Assembly (NCBI RefSeq): GCF_964188315.1
Contig: NC_135661.1
Location: 43,958,001 to 44,022,000, forward strand
Reading direction: 5' to 3'
Source: Podarcis muralis
Taxonomy: Eukaryota
DNA: 64,000 nt
The notes under the pieces are model-generated. The model worked only from the letters and a program-made list of their open reading frames with translations, was not told the DNA's origin and did not search any database. The stretch's first letter is position 1. Every line of letters starts with the position of its first letter. The translations under genes and the position numbers were made by a program. Below are positions 1 to 15,346 of this stretch, piece by piece.

Positions 1-2168
1 GGAGTCCAGGCGGCTGCCCACACCGCGCTGCAAGTCACGCTCAAGCACCAGCAGGAACTGGGAGACCTTCTGCAGGACCCACCCATGGAAGATGGCACTT
101 TCATTGAGGGTGTCCTGCCCAGGGGGAGGCACCAGCGGCTCCTCGTCAGCAAAAATGGCACGGTACTGCGTGACAATGTCAAAGAGGTGCACGCGGCAGG
201 CCTCAATGGTCTTGGTAATATGCACATAGGGGTCGTCACCAGGAACAGCAGCAAGGATAGAACGTAGCCAGATGTCCCGTGCCTGCAGGAAAGTAATCCG
301 TAGCTCAGCCTCAGTGAAGACATCCATGCAGCGAAGGTAGCCAATGATGCGCAAGCAGGCTGGCAGCTGAATGTTGGTACGAAGCTGCTGGATCAGCTGC
401 GTAAGCATGAGCTGTGTGGACTGGCGCACCTCTGCCACTATGCCCTGGGAAGGAGAAGAGAGACAAAATAAACTGTTACCCATGGTACCCAAACCAAGCA
501 GATCTCAATACTGCACAAACTATTTTATTTTCACTAGAGTCCATGTGATCACTTAAGAAAGGGTCTACAGGTCACTGGTAGATATACCTGCTTGATATAC
601 TATACTCTGGCTGCCAGAGTAGACAATACTGGGCTTAGTGCACAGTCAAACCTGGTATGAGGTAACTGCATGTTATAATGATGTGTACTTTTGGGAACCT
701 TTAAAGAGATATAACTTGCTGTTATCCTGAGTTCCTTTGGGAGGAAGAGTGGGATATAAACGTGGTAAATAAATAAAGTGTTGTGACCTTAAGAATGCAT
801 TCTTCTTTGCAGATAGAAGAAGGGCTTTACTGGATCAGAACAGGGCCTGCCTCATCTCAGCTTTCTGTACAAGAATCCCTGCAACTAGCAAATTAGACAT
901 TAGCCAAGAGTCATTAGTCAGTGATGGGGTGTGGTCTATCTTCTATCTATCCCTGCTTTACAGATTGCACTTAAGAGATCAGTGGCTTGTATCCTGCTCT
1001 TGTTGAAAGTCAAAGAAATAGATCACTACAGCACATGCACAAACCCTGGCTGCAATAAGCAACATAAGCACTTAGTCAAGAAAAAAAGCAACAAGAGAAG
1101 AAGCCTCAAATCCAGAAATACTCTGGCTTCTACAAACAGAACATGACAGCTCATGATGGTCCAGGATTGTGGGCCTCAGGTACCCTTAGGCAGTCAAACA
1201 ACCTGGATCAAACTTAGGAAACCAGCACAGAAGCCACCCCACCTCTGCCTCTGTGAGCCAAGGCAGAGAAAACAAATGCAAAGGGTTGGAGATGCCTTTC
1301 TTCACTAAGCTTTTGCTCAGGTCCTGAAACTCTAGTAGCAAATGGCTGGGACCTACTATCATCGTATGGCTTAAGGCAGCTCTGGCACCTGCCAGGCTCA
1401 GAACATGTCTGCACCTGGATGACAGGGATGGTGGCGTGTTTCTTCTCAAGGCGGCGGACGTAGGACACCAGCTCCAGGGCCTCCTCGTAGTAACTGTTCC
1501 GGACGCAGGTGTCCATCAGCTGGGGGATCTCCAGCACTTCCAGGATCTCTGTGTGGAGGTTCAGGGTCAGGCTGTTCATACGTCGGTTCTGGGCGATCTG
1601 TTCAGCCTCCTGCATGAAGTTCCTGGAGGCAGGAGCAAAAGAAGAAGAAAGCAGGTTAGGCCAGGAAAAGCAAAAGGGGAAGCCAGCCAGCCTCCTCTAA
1701 CCCACCCATTCCAATGGCAGTGAGTTCCATAAGTTAACGGTGGGGCGCCCCAGGATTATTCCTGCCCCCAAAAGGAGTGTGGCGGCAGCCTTGGCCGCCA
1801 ACTCCTCCTGCTCACCGGCAGGCCTCGGCGAAGGGTGGGAGGCGGCCCAAGAGGCGGTCGAGGCCCTGCTCGATGCCACCGAAGCCGCGACGCGTCTCAG
1901 CGGTGCATTCGGCGGAGCGGATGAAGGTCTTGTAGTGGGCGAATGCCAAGGCCCGCGTCTGCGCCCCGAGCTGCGCTCGTTCCTCCGCCAACCGGCCGGG
2001 TTCCCTCCGCAAGGCCTCCAGGCCCAGGCCCGCCAGCGCCGACAGGTATGTCGCCAGCTCCGCGTCCCCCGCCGCCAGGGGCGGAGGCAGTGGCGAGGTC
2101 GCCCCGCGGAAAAGCCATGCCAGCAGGCTCGCTTCCTCTAGGTCCGCCGAAGGCTCCTGGGCCGCCAT
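1..2168 (-). CDS. COG8: Conserved oligomeric Golgi complex subunit 8, 5' part (exons 1-3; gene continues beyond the left edge)
   Basis: Coding exons 2168-1816, 1622-1415, 444-<1. All junctions are GT-AG with consistent phase (353+208 nt = phase 0). Translation includes [55 protein letters not shown] and [38 protein letters not shown], recognised as COG8. Confidence 0.96.
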
Positions 2169-2503
2169 CGGGCCTCCCTCGACGTGGACCAGGAAGTGAT
2201 CGCTATGGCAACCGGGAGGCCGCGCTAGCCAGAGGCAGAGGCTAGTCCTCCGTGGCAGATCCGGGTGCCGCTCTGCCCGAAACCTCTGTGTTCGTATGAC
2301 GTAACCAGGAGGTCACGCAACGACGCTCCGACATGAAGATCACTTGCACTCTATTGTGACCATAGACATATTTCTGTGCCTAGAAAGGGAGTGTAGGACA
2401 CCCGAGCGTAGTTTGATGTTGCAACTTCCGCTTCACGTCTTTGATCCGAGGCTTCCTTGAATTGGAACCACGCGGGTCTCCGGCGTCTGTCTCGGAAGGT
2501 GCG
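2169..2503. promoter_or_regulatory. Bidirectional CpG-island promoter shared by COG8 and NIP7
   Basis: Only 335 bp between the divergent ATGs (2168 and 2504). CpG-rich from ~1800 to 2560, with GGAAGT/ACTTCCG ETS-type motifs and a TGACGTAA CRE-like motif near 2297. Confidence 0.8.
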
Positions 2504-5500
2504 ATGCGGCCCCTCACGGAGGAAGAAACGCGTGCGCTCTTCGAGAAGCTCTCCAAATAGTAAGCGGGGTGGCTGTGGTGGCATTTGTGTTCTCTGGGTT
2601 CATTTTGTTGTTGTTTAGTCGTTTCCGACTCTTCGTGACCCCATGGACCAGAGCACGCCAGGCACCTCTGTCCTCCACTACCTCCCGCAGTTTGGTCAAA
2701 CTCATGCTGGTAACCTCGAAAACACTATCCAACCATCTCGTCCTCTGTCGCCCCCTTCTCCTTGTGCCCTCCATCTTTCCCAGCATCAGTGTCTTCTCCA
2801 GGGAGTCTTCTCTTCTCATGAGGTGGCCAAAGTACTGGAGCCTCAGCTTCACGATCTGTCCTTCCAGTGAGCCTGGGTTCATTAGGCTTTATGATTAACC
2901 CATGGAACTCACTGACACAAGATACCCGGATCCCCACCCAATGGACAGAGGGAATTAGAGAAATCAGTGAAGGAGGGGAAGTCTGTCTCTTGCTGTTGGC
3001 CCAGAAAGTAAAATGGAAGCGTCATTGAACCATAGCGGTGGAAGATACCGCAAAGGTCCTCTAGCCCACCCCAATGGATGTAGAGAATCACAACATTATA
3101 GGCAGGCAGCAACCCATGCTCTGTTGCGAGGAAGGGGGCACCCATCTTCCCATACAGACTGTACCAGTGTGGAATAGCTCTTCTTAATCTTCCACGGAAT
3201 ACCACTAGCTGGGAGACAACAGCAGGAGAACTAGATGGGTCGTGTTTAATGCAGAAAAATGATTACAGGGATTATAGGGAAGTCAGTATAATAGTTTAAA
3301 ATTGAAGTCTTCATATACAGGGGCAGTATGTCTTAGAAATGGCTGCTGTTCTCCAACCCTGCTTGCTGGCTCCCTGCAGGCGTTTGACTTGCTTTTGCCA
3401 GGAGGAGGAGGCTGAACTAATTGGGCATTTGGTCAAATCTAGCATAAGAGGGCAGTTCTCATGTTTTCTGGGGACTGGCTGACAGTGTGTCTCTTTGTTC
3501 CAACCTTTTTAAGTATTGGTGAGAACATCCAGCTCCTGGTTGACCGGCCAGATGGTGCCTACTGCTTCCGCCTGCACAAGGACCGTGTCTATTACCTCAG
3601 GTGAGGAGGCCCTACATTCACCCTGGGGCATGTTATTAATGTTAACACCTTCATCCATAACACACATTAAGTAAAAATAAAAGGATGGATCTTTGAACAT
3701 ATGTAAGGCTCTCTTCCTCTTCCAGAATGTACCCACGTCTTTGTGGGTGGGGAGAAGAGTAGAGGCATCTATGGGGGAAAGGAAAGGGCCTGTTTTCTTT
3801 TGTAAGATGCTGCTTGTTCTCACTACAGAGCTGCAAGGTGCTGGGAAAGAGATCTTGCTTCCCTTGTGTTTTTAGCAGCAGAAGAGCAAAAGATGTAAAA
3901 GGAGCAGAACTGAACTAAGGGAAGCTGTACTCATGGAGTCTTTCATATGCAAATGAAGGACAGAGAGGAGGGACTTGGTCTCATAATTTAACTCTGAGCT
4001 CCCGTCTTGTCTGATCCAGTTTTTGGCACATTTTATCACTTCCAGTGCAAGTGCACCACATTGTATTTGGGGACCAGGAGTGGCTATAAGGTCTTTCTTG
4101 TTTTAGGGTTGCTTGGATTAAATCCCCAAACCTGCCTTTCCATCATCTCAGTATCCCCAATTTGGTCTAGGTACCTTAAAGCTTCTCCTCTCCCCTATGG
4201 AAGCATATGACCAAAAAGCCACAATATTGGCTGCAGGTACTTGAAGTGTGCCTCAGGCCACAGCATGGTTCAGTGATGCTCTGATGGTGACTTCGGAGCT
4301 TCTGAATCTGGAGAGACTGAGTCCCAATGATAAGTCTTTGCTTTCTGTTTCTTAGTGAGAGGATTCTGAAGCTTGCTACAAACATCCCCCGAGAGAATCT
4401 GGTATCTCTCGGCACCTGCTTTGGAAAGTTCACCAAGAGCCAGAAGTTCCGACTCCACATCACTGCCCTCGATTACCTTGCTCCCTACGCCAAGGTAAAG
4501 ATGGCACAGAGGAACACTGATTTGAGGGGCACTATCGTACCAAAATAGGGGACGCGGGTGGCGCTGTGGGTAAAACCTCAGCGCCTAGGACTTGCCGATC
4601 GCATGGTCGGCGGTTCGAATCCCCGCGGCGGGGTGCGCTCCCGTCGTTCGGTCCCAGCGCCTGCCAACCTAGCAGTTCGAAAGCACCCCCAGGTGCAAGT
4701 AGATAAATAGGGATCGCTTACCAGCGGGAAGGTAAATGGCGTTCCGTGTGCTGCGCTGGCTCGCCAGATGCAGCTTGTCACACTGGCCACGTGACCCGGA
4801 AGTGTCTGCGGACAGTGCTGGCTCCCGGCCTATAGAGTGAGATGAGCGCACAACCCTAGAGTCTGGCAAGACTGGCCCGTACGGGCAGGGGTACCTTTAC
4901 CTATCGTACCAAAATAGGTTCCGCTCTGGCAGGAAGGTAAACGGTGTTTCTGTGCGCTGCTCTGGTTTCGTCAGAAGCGGCTTAGTCATGTTGACCACAT
5001 GACCCGGAAGCTGTACGCTGGCTCCCTCCGCCAATAAAGTGAGATGAACACCGCAACCCCAGAGTAGTCCGCGACTGGACCTAACAGTCAGGGGTCCCTT
5101 TACCTTTACCTAGCCTACCAAAAAAGTCAAAACACCTGTAGTGCTGTGTGGGGTGGGGACCTGCTAGCTGTTTCTTGGGAAGGAGGGTATTGTTTTTGAT
5201 TGTGCTAATCTAAGGAGGACACAGAAAGGGAACCCGTGTAGTGGTACATTTCATCTAACTCAAAGAGGATATATCTCATTTTTTTCTCATGCAGTACAAA
5301 GTGTGGGTGAAGCCTGGGGCAGAGCAGTCCTTCCTTTACGGGAACCACATACTGAAGTCTGGCTTGGGGCGCATCACAGAGAGCACTGCCCAGTACCAGG
5401 GTGTGGTGGTATATTCCATGGCTGACGTCCCCCTGGTGAGTAACACCTAGTGGGTGGGTGGGATAGTTGGACCTGAGTGAATTTGAAGTTAAGACAATGC

Positions 5501-5669
5501 CCCCCCCCCAAGGTCTTAATTCCTTCCTTGTTCCAATTGACCTTCTTAGGGCTTTGGAGTGGCAGCCAAGTCCACCCAGGAGTGCCGGAAAGTGGACCCC
5601 ATGGCGATCGTGGTTTTTCACCAAGCGGATATTGGAGAATACATACGGCATGAAGAGACGCTGACATAA
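2504..5669 (+). CDS. NIP7: 60S ribosome subunit biogenesis protein NIP7 (180 aa, 5 exons)
   Basis: Exons 2504-2559, 3514-3600, 4356-4494, 5295-5435, 5550-5669 total 543 nt. Translation [54 protein letters not shown]...[29 protein letters not shown]...[11 protein letters not shown]. Confidence 0.98.
2605..2872 (-). mobile_element. 5'-truncated BovB (RTE-clade LINE) 3' end in NIP7 intron 1
   Basis: Encodes [12 protein letters not shown]-type RTE C-terminus ([40 protein letters not shown]) with a (CAA)n tail. 11-bp TSD CTGGGTTCATT at 2594-2604 and 2873-2883. Confidence 0.9.
3020..3200 (-). mobile_element. Degraded CR1 LINE 3' fragment
   Basis: CATAGCGGTGGAAGATACCGCAAAGGTCCTCTAGCCCACCCC resembles the reverse complement of the CR1 3' end (recalled consensus CATAGAGTTGGAAGGGACC...GGTCATCTAGTCCAACCCC). 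Boundaries approximate. Confidence 0.45.
4550..4900 (+). mobile_element. Full-length young Sauria SINE
   Basis: Starts GGGACGCGGGTGGCGCTGTGG, has a tRNA-like head with GGTTCGAATCC B-box and a GGTACCTTTACC tail. 18-bp TSD CTATCGTACCAAAATAGG at 4532-4549 and 4901-4918. A near-identical copy lies at 20360-20721. Confidence 0.92.
4911..5111 (+). mobile_element. Older 5'-truncated Sauria SINE directly after the young copy
   Basis: Diverged match to the 3' half of the preceding SINE (GGAAGGTAAACGG...CACATGACCCGGAAG...GTGAGATGA...CAACCCCAGAGT) ending CCTTTACCTTTACC. Confidence 0.8.
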
Positions 5670-6231
5670 ATGGCAGGGCAGAAAGCCCCAAAGACTGACT
5701 TTCCCACCCTCCTCAGATAGAAGCTGCAGGCTTTCAACCAGCCTGTGCCCCTTTTCATGCAGACTGTGGAAGGCGCAACTGTGTGTGAGTCACAAAACTT
5801 TGGGATGTAACTGCAGGCCTGGCAGTTCTAGGGACACAGCTACAATTCTGACACAGTAAAGCTATTTCATTTTTCTCCTTTCATTGTCTTGATTCATCTG
5901 GTGTTCAGGGAACTGATTGCATTACAGCCTCTTTTATTTTGCCCTGGGCTTTGGGGCTGGGGAACCAGAGCTGTTTCACAAAGCCACGGAGAACCAAAAG
6001 CTAGAAGTTCTCTTTTCCTCCCACCTTCCCTACTGCAGCTGCCTTTGCTTCCAAGCTGGCTGCCTCTAAAGGAAGAGGAAGGAATCTTGTGTTTGGTGGT
6101 GGTGGAGATTGTCTGTGTCTGCCTGCGCACCCCCATTTATTAACTTTGCCCTTAATGTACCTCTTGCTCAATGTAAAAATCTCACATACCTATGCTGTGG
6201 TTGCAGCAGGACTCCTGCATTTTGAGTCATG

Positions 6232-6237
6232 TTTATT
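6232..6237 (-). terminator. Candidate polyadenylation signal of TMED6
   Basis: AATAAA on the minus strand ~240 nt after the TMED6 stop. A second copy is at 6136-6141. Confidence 0.5.
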
Positions 6238-6475
6238 TTAACTTGGGGCAGTTTCATTTCAAGTCAACCACCCCCCTGTGGCTCCTCTGGAAGAATACTT
6301 GGATTTTTCAGCCAACACCCCTCTCCCCACCAAAAAAGAAGCCGCACCAGCAGGTGGACATGCCCTTGCTCTCCTTTGCGGCTTGCAGGTATTTAGTCAG
6401 TTGGGTGTTAAGAGGGTGGCAAGGAGAGAGCAGTTTGGCTTTTCAGCCTGGCATAAATAGCCTTCTGAAGCAGCC

Positions 6476-10686
<4,211 letters not shown>

Positions 10687-12039
10687 CTACCTGCTGCTTG
10701 CCAGACTTCTTGGACTGCAATTCCCACCAGCCCTAGTCTCAGATGGTTGTGCTGATGTAACCTGTAGTCCAAGAGATCTGGAGGCGAGGGGAGGCAGTGG
10801 TAAAGTGTTCCTTCAAGCACAAGCCTCTTGCAGCAGTTGAGCAGCAGAGCACTAGGCCCTGTACAGGTGAAGCAGCCGAGGGGCAGACAGAACATTGATT
10901 CCTCACCTTTCCTCCTAAGATCTCCAGGTGGCATACCTGGTTCCTCCAGCACCACCTTTTTCATAACCACCACCCTGTGACCAGGCTGACCCAGGGAGTT
11001 TTCCTGCTCAATGCTTTGAACCTGGCTGGAACCAGTTCCTCATAGCCTGACATTCTGGCTAATTCAACCACCACACTGCTACTCTTTGCTGCAGGTTTCC
11101 TGTTGGGGCATTTGGCTGGCCGCTTTGAAAACCAGGTGCTGGACTAGATGGGCCCCTATTTGACCAGATTATTCAGCTGCTGCAGGGTTCTTCTGATGCT
11201 TTTATGCTAAAAGGCAATAGGAAATGGTCATATCTATTCTGTCTTAGATGAAGGCAGGTTACCCAACAGCAAAAAGCACAGAGCAATCAAATCTGCTATA
11301 CTAGAGGGTAAGCAGGTCACACTTTCATTACTGCAACTCACACATACTGCATTTTAAGTCCCAAGACTGCAGTTTGATTTAAATAGTATCTCCTTTCCTA
11401 CTAAAGCCCTTTGTTGGGAAGAACTGCCCTAACTAGTTTGCCCTTTTCTTTGCCCAGAGTATGGCTGCATTCCATTCCACCCACTTCAGCGCAAATCCTT
11501 CTTGTCTCCTTGTTACTCAAAAGTTCTCCCAAAGCACAAACTCTGCTTGCTTGTAGCAGCTGGTGCTTGAAGGACAAAGTGTGTATCGCAGGAGGAAGTT
11601 TTCCCAGCAGCTGAGATAAGAGAGGGGGGCACCTCTGGGATAAAATCTGCTCATGGAAAAAAAAGCTAACCACTTTCAAGATCTGTGTAGTTTTGGTAGT
11701 GAGGCAGAGGGAGAGCACAGCCACAACCCATTTTGCATGTGGTGTCTGGCTCCATCCACGCTACACAATCAACCGCTTCTTGGACTCACAGAAGCCAGCA
11801 TGTCCTCCAACACATTTGAAGTTCAAGCAGTACCACCAGCTAAAAAAAGGAACAGGAAAAACAGTGGTGACGGGAACAGTCTGCCCCAATGGGAGAACAA
11901 CTAGCAACACCTTTGTCCTGCCTCAGAACACATGGAATGCTAGTGCCAAACTAAATAGCATGGTGGAGATTCCTTTTACGTAACTATCATGGGAAGCAGC
12001 GCCTGTTAAAGGAACATGAAACACAGAAGTTGGGGGGGG

Positions 12040-14950
12040 GGGAATGCACTTTGAAACAAGTTCTAATGAAATCCTTAGAAAATTGGAACACAAAAGATCA
12101 GAATTAGAAGTGTTATATATGGAGAAAATAGGCAAATCCATGCTCTTTGTGAGTCAAAAATTATATGAACATGGTAATAAACATTCCAAATGCTAGCCAG
12201 TGCTCTCAAAAGTAAGCAATTTATTTAAATAATTACTTTAAATATGACTAAAATCAGATTAGCAATATGTTTATGGAGTTTTATAAAGAGCTATATAACC
12301 CAAATAACCCTTTACCTGAAAAAAATAAGTGAGATGTGGTATCAAACCTTTAATAAAGAAAGCACAACAAAAGATAACATTCTGCAGAAGAAATTGATCA
12401 AGCTATTTAAAAAACTGAAATACTGTATAAGAGCCCTTGACCCTATGGGCTTGGCAACACATTTTTTTAGAAATACAGAGACCAACTCACACTTTATTTT
12501 TGTCAACTTTATCCATCTGGCAAGAGCAATCAGGCACTGATCCAGAATAACTGTCCTTTTAAAGCCAGGCAGAGTTAAAAGCACAGGTGTGCTCATACAG
12601 GCCAATTACCTTATTGAATCAGGATCAGATTATATTCTTCTCAATTTTAGTTGCACATTTAAATCTAATAATTAGGAATTTAATCCATACAGATGAAACA
12701 TACTCCTTGGGCATATCTTGGATCCCATAAGAAGACTGTTCGTTGAACATGATTCACAATTCCTCACCAAACCATTCACACTTTATATTTGTCAACTTTA
12801 TCCATCTGACAGGAGCAATCAGGCACTGATCCAGAATAACTGTTCTTCTAAAGCCAGGCAGAGATAAAGCACAGGTGTACTCATACAGGCCAATTACCTT
12901 ATTGAATCAGGACCTGGATTTTCTTCCTGGATTTATGTTCCTTAGATATTTACAAAGCCTTTGATGGTCTGGAATGGTGTTATCTCTTAACATTTTGCAG
13001 ACATGCCAGCTAGGCAATCACCTTATTACAGCAGTAGCTAAACTCTATTCAAATAATTCAGCTACTCTAAGAATAACATGGACTCCTCAGCAATTGCAAT
13101 CTGGAGGGGGACAAAACAAGGTTGTCCCTTGTCACCACTGCTCCTCGCCTTCTCTTTTGAACCATTCGCTACTATCTTACGTCTTAATCCAAATGTAAAA
13201 GGATATTCAAGAGAGGGCGAAGAGCATCTGTTGACAATGTACGTAGATGATATTGTTGTGATCTTGAAAAGCCCTAAGGGGTCAGCCTGTGCATTAAAGG
13301 AATAATTAACATCTTTTTCTAAAGTGGCAGGCTTAAAAGTAAACATTGGAAAATCAATGATGTTTTTCAGTCTTCCACCGATTCAAATACACACTTGTCA
13401 TATTCTTAATACACCTATGTGCTGCTCTGCATCTGAGACTCGGGTGTGCCAATTCTAAAAAACATGAACCATGAATCTAAACTGAATTATCCCATTATTT
13501 TAAAAATGAACATGGACTTTAAAAAATGGAACAAATTTAACCTTTCCATTTTAGGCTCTATTGCAGCAGTACATATCATGTTAATTCCCCGTTTTCTGTC
13601 CCTCTTTCAGGTCCTCCTTACTTTTCTCCAACGTCCAAATGGCAAACTAAAATTGTTTCATATTTCAAGATAAGTCTTCAAGGTTGCCCATGAAATCTTA
13701 TTTTCTTTTCTTTTTTTAAATCAAAGTTGTTGGGGTTTACCAAACCTCTCGGTATACCATGATGCGTTCCAATTGAGACAGCAGACTTTTATGATTATGA
13801 AGGATGGTAAGAAATGGATCAATTTGGAAGAAAAACAAATAGCCCTGGGTCTGCTATGTGCTTTATCTTTCAAAAACCTTAAAATTATCGCTCAAATGAA
13901 TAACCCATATTTACAAACTAAATTGAGGATATGGAAAAAATGGAAGTTGACTCTCCCCAGGTTGTTCACCACTCACTTCTCTGCAGACATATGCCAGTCT
14001 GAAAGATGATACTTTAAAAGCTAAAATAAAGAAAAGGGTAAAATTGGGTTATTTCAGACACTGATTTTTTTTACAGGAGTAAGACCAGTAACTTTAAATG
14101 TACCAAAAATGGGAATTAACTTTAAAGAGGCTTCAAATTCTACAAATTAAACATTTACTAAAGGATCTGATAGTTAAATTACACGCAACTAATTTTGAAT
14201 GATCCAAGGTGCCACTAGGTAATGGAGGTAAGGAAATAGTATCAAAATTTTATGGTTACTTAAAACAGGACTAATTTGGGGACTTGTCTAGCCTAAAATC
14301 AATATGGGAATATGATGTAAAAGTAACAATGGAAGACTCAATTTGGAAAGGCATATGCATGAAGAAACCCTTTAAGTCGGTGTCTGCAAATATTAAAGAA
14401 CTTTCACTCAAAATCTTCCACAGATGGTATAGGACTCCATCCCAACATCACATCAACTATAAGCCCCTTATGTTGGCGTAGATGTGACACTAAGGGGACA
14501 AATATACATTTATGGTGGACTTGTTTTTGAATACAAGTTGTTTGGTCCCTGGTTCACATAGAACTAACAGCACTAATAAAGAAAACAACTGAATTCACTC
14601 CATAGCTTTTTATTTTAACAATGTTCCAAGGTACAAATAAAAAAGTACTATCTAAAGAACTCATCACTTTACCAACTGTAGCAAGGCGGTGTATTGTCCA
14701 ACACTGGAAATATTTTGTGGCATAAAAACATGTACAACACTGCAATTTCAGCAAAAATTACATTTAGTTTTCAATTAATTCAAGTTGAGGCATAACCTAT
14801 GGGTTTTGGTGCAGTGTGGTGGGATTTTATATAGTATGTTATTAATACTAATTGAAGTAACTTGATTCCACAAGTAAATATGAATGTTTGCCTATCGTGA
14901 GACTATAAGATGTTGTCATCCTGTTTGTGGATAGAATATATCTTATTCTA
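12040..14950 (+). mobile_element. Degenerate 5'-truncated L1-clade LINE (ORF2 remnant)
   Basis: Collinear ORF2 motifs: linker (SQKLYEHGNK..MLA, ~12150), PITLLNQD..IL..LIHTD (~12600-12700), RGTKQGCPLSPLLLAFSFEP...MYVDDIVV (13105-13260) and C-terminal ARRCIVQHWK (~14690). Many stops and frameshifts. Ends approximate. Confidence 0.85.
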
Positions 14951-15009
14951 CGTCTTTTTACTTTAACCTTATAGCATTTGTACTCCAGATGATTATGGCA
15001 TAATAACAG

Positions 15010-15015
15010 TTTATT
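15010..15015 (-). terminator. Candidate polyadenylation signal of TERF2
   Basis: AATAAA on the minus strand ~330 nt downstream of the TERF2 stop at 15347. Confidence 0.5.
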
Positions 15016-15346
15016 AATATCACAGCAGACCTACAGTGAAAAATAACATTTATAAGAAAATAAAAAATTGAAATGACGTATTTTTTATACTGTAAAACGT
15101 GCACTTTCCATACCAATTGTTTACACAAGGTTGAATCTGTATTTTCAGTACTGAAAACTAAAAGAAAGAAAAAATAAAAAATGGAGGGAGGGGGAGAGCC
15201 TATGTCAGAAAGCAGAGGGAGAAGCCTCCAGTGATGATAAGAGATTGTGGCCATCAGCCTGCTGGCCCAATGCAATACACTGCAAAAGTACCTCTGGCCC
15301 ACCCTGTGTCCACATAGCGTTGGAGCTCAGGCACTTGCCCCCAGGT

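Noticed and set aside
1-444. PDF (peptide deformylase), the usual neighbour of COG8
   Set aside because: It lies at the 3' end of COG8, beyond the left edge. No PDF sequence is in the window.
4550-4640. tRNA-like segments with GGTTCGAATCC (also ~20420)
   Set aside because: These are the tRNA-derived heads of Sauria SINEs, not tRNA genes.
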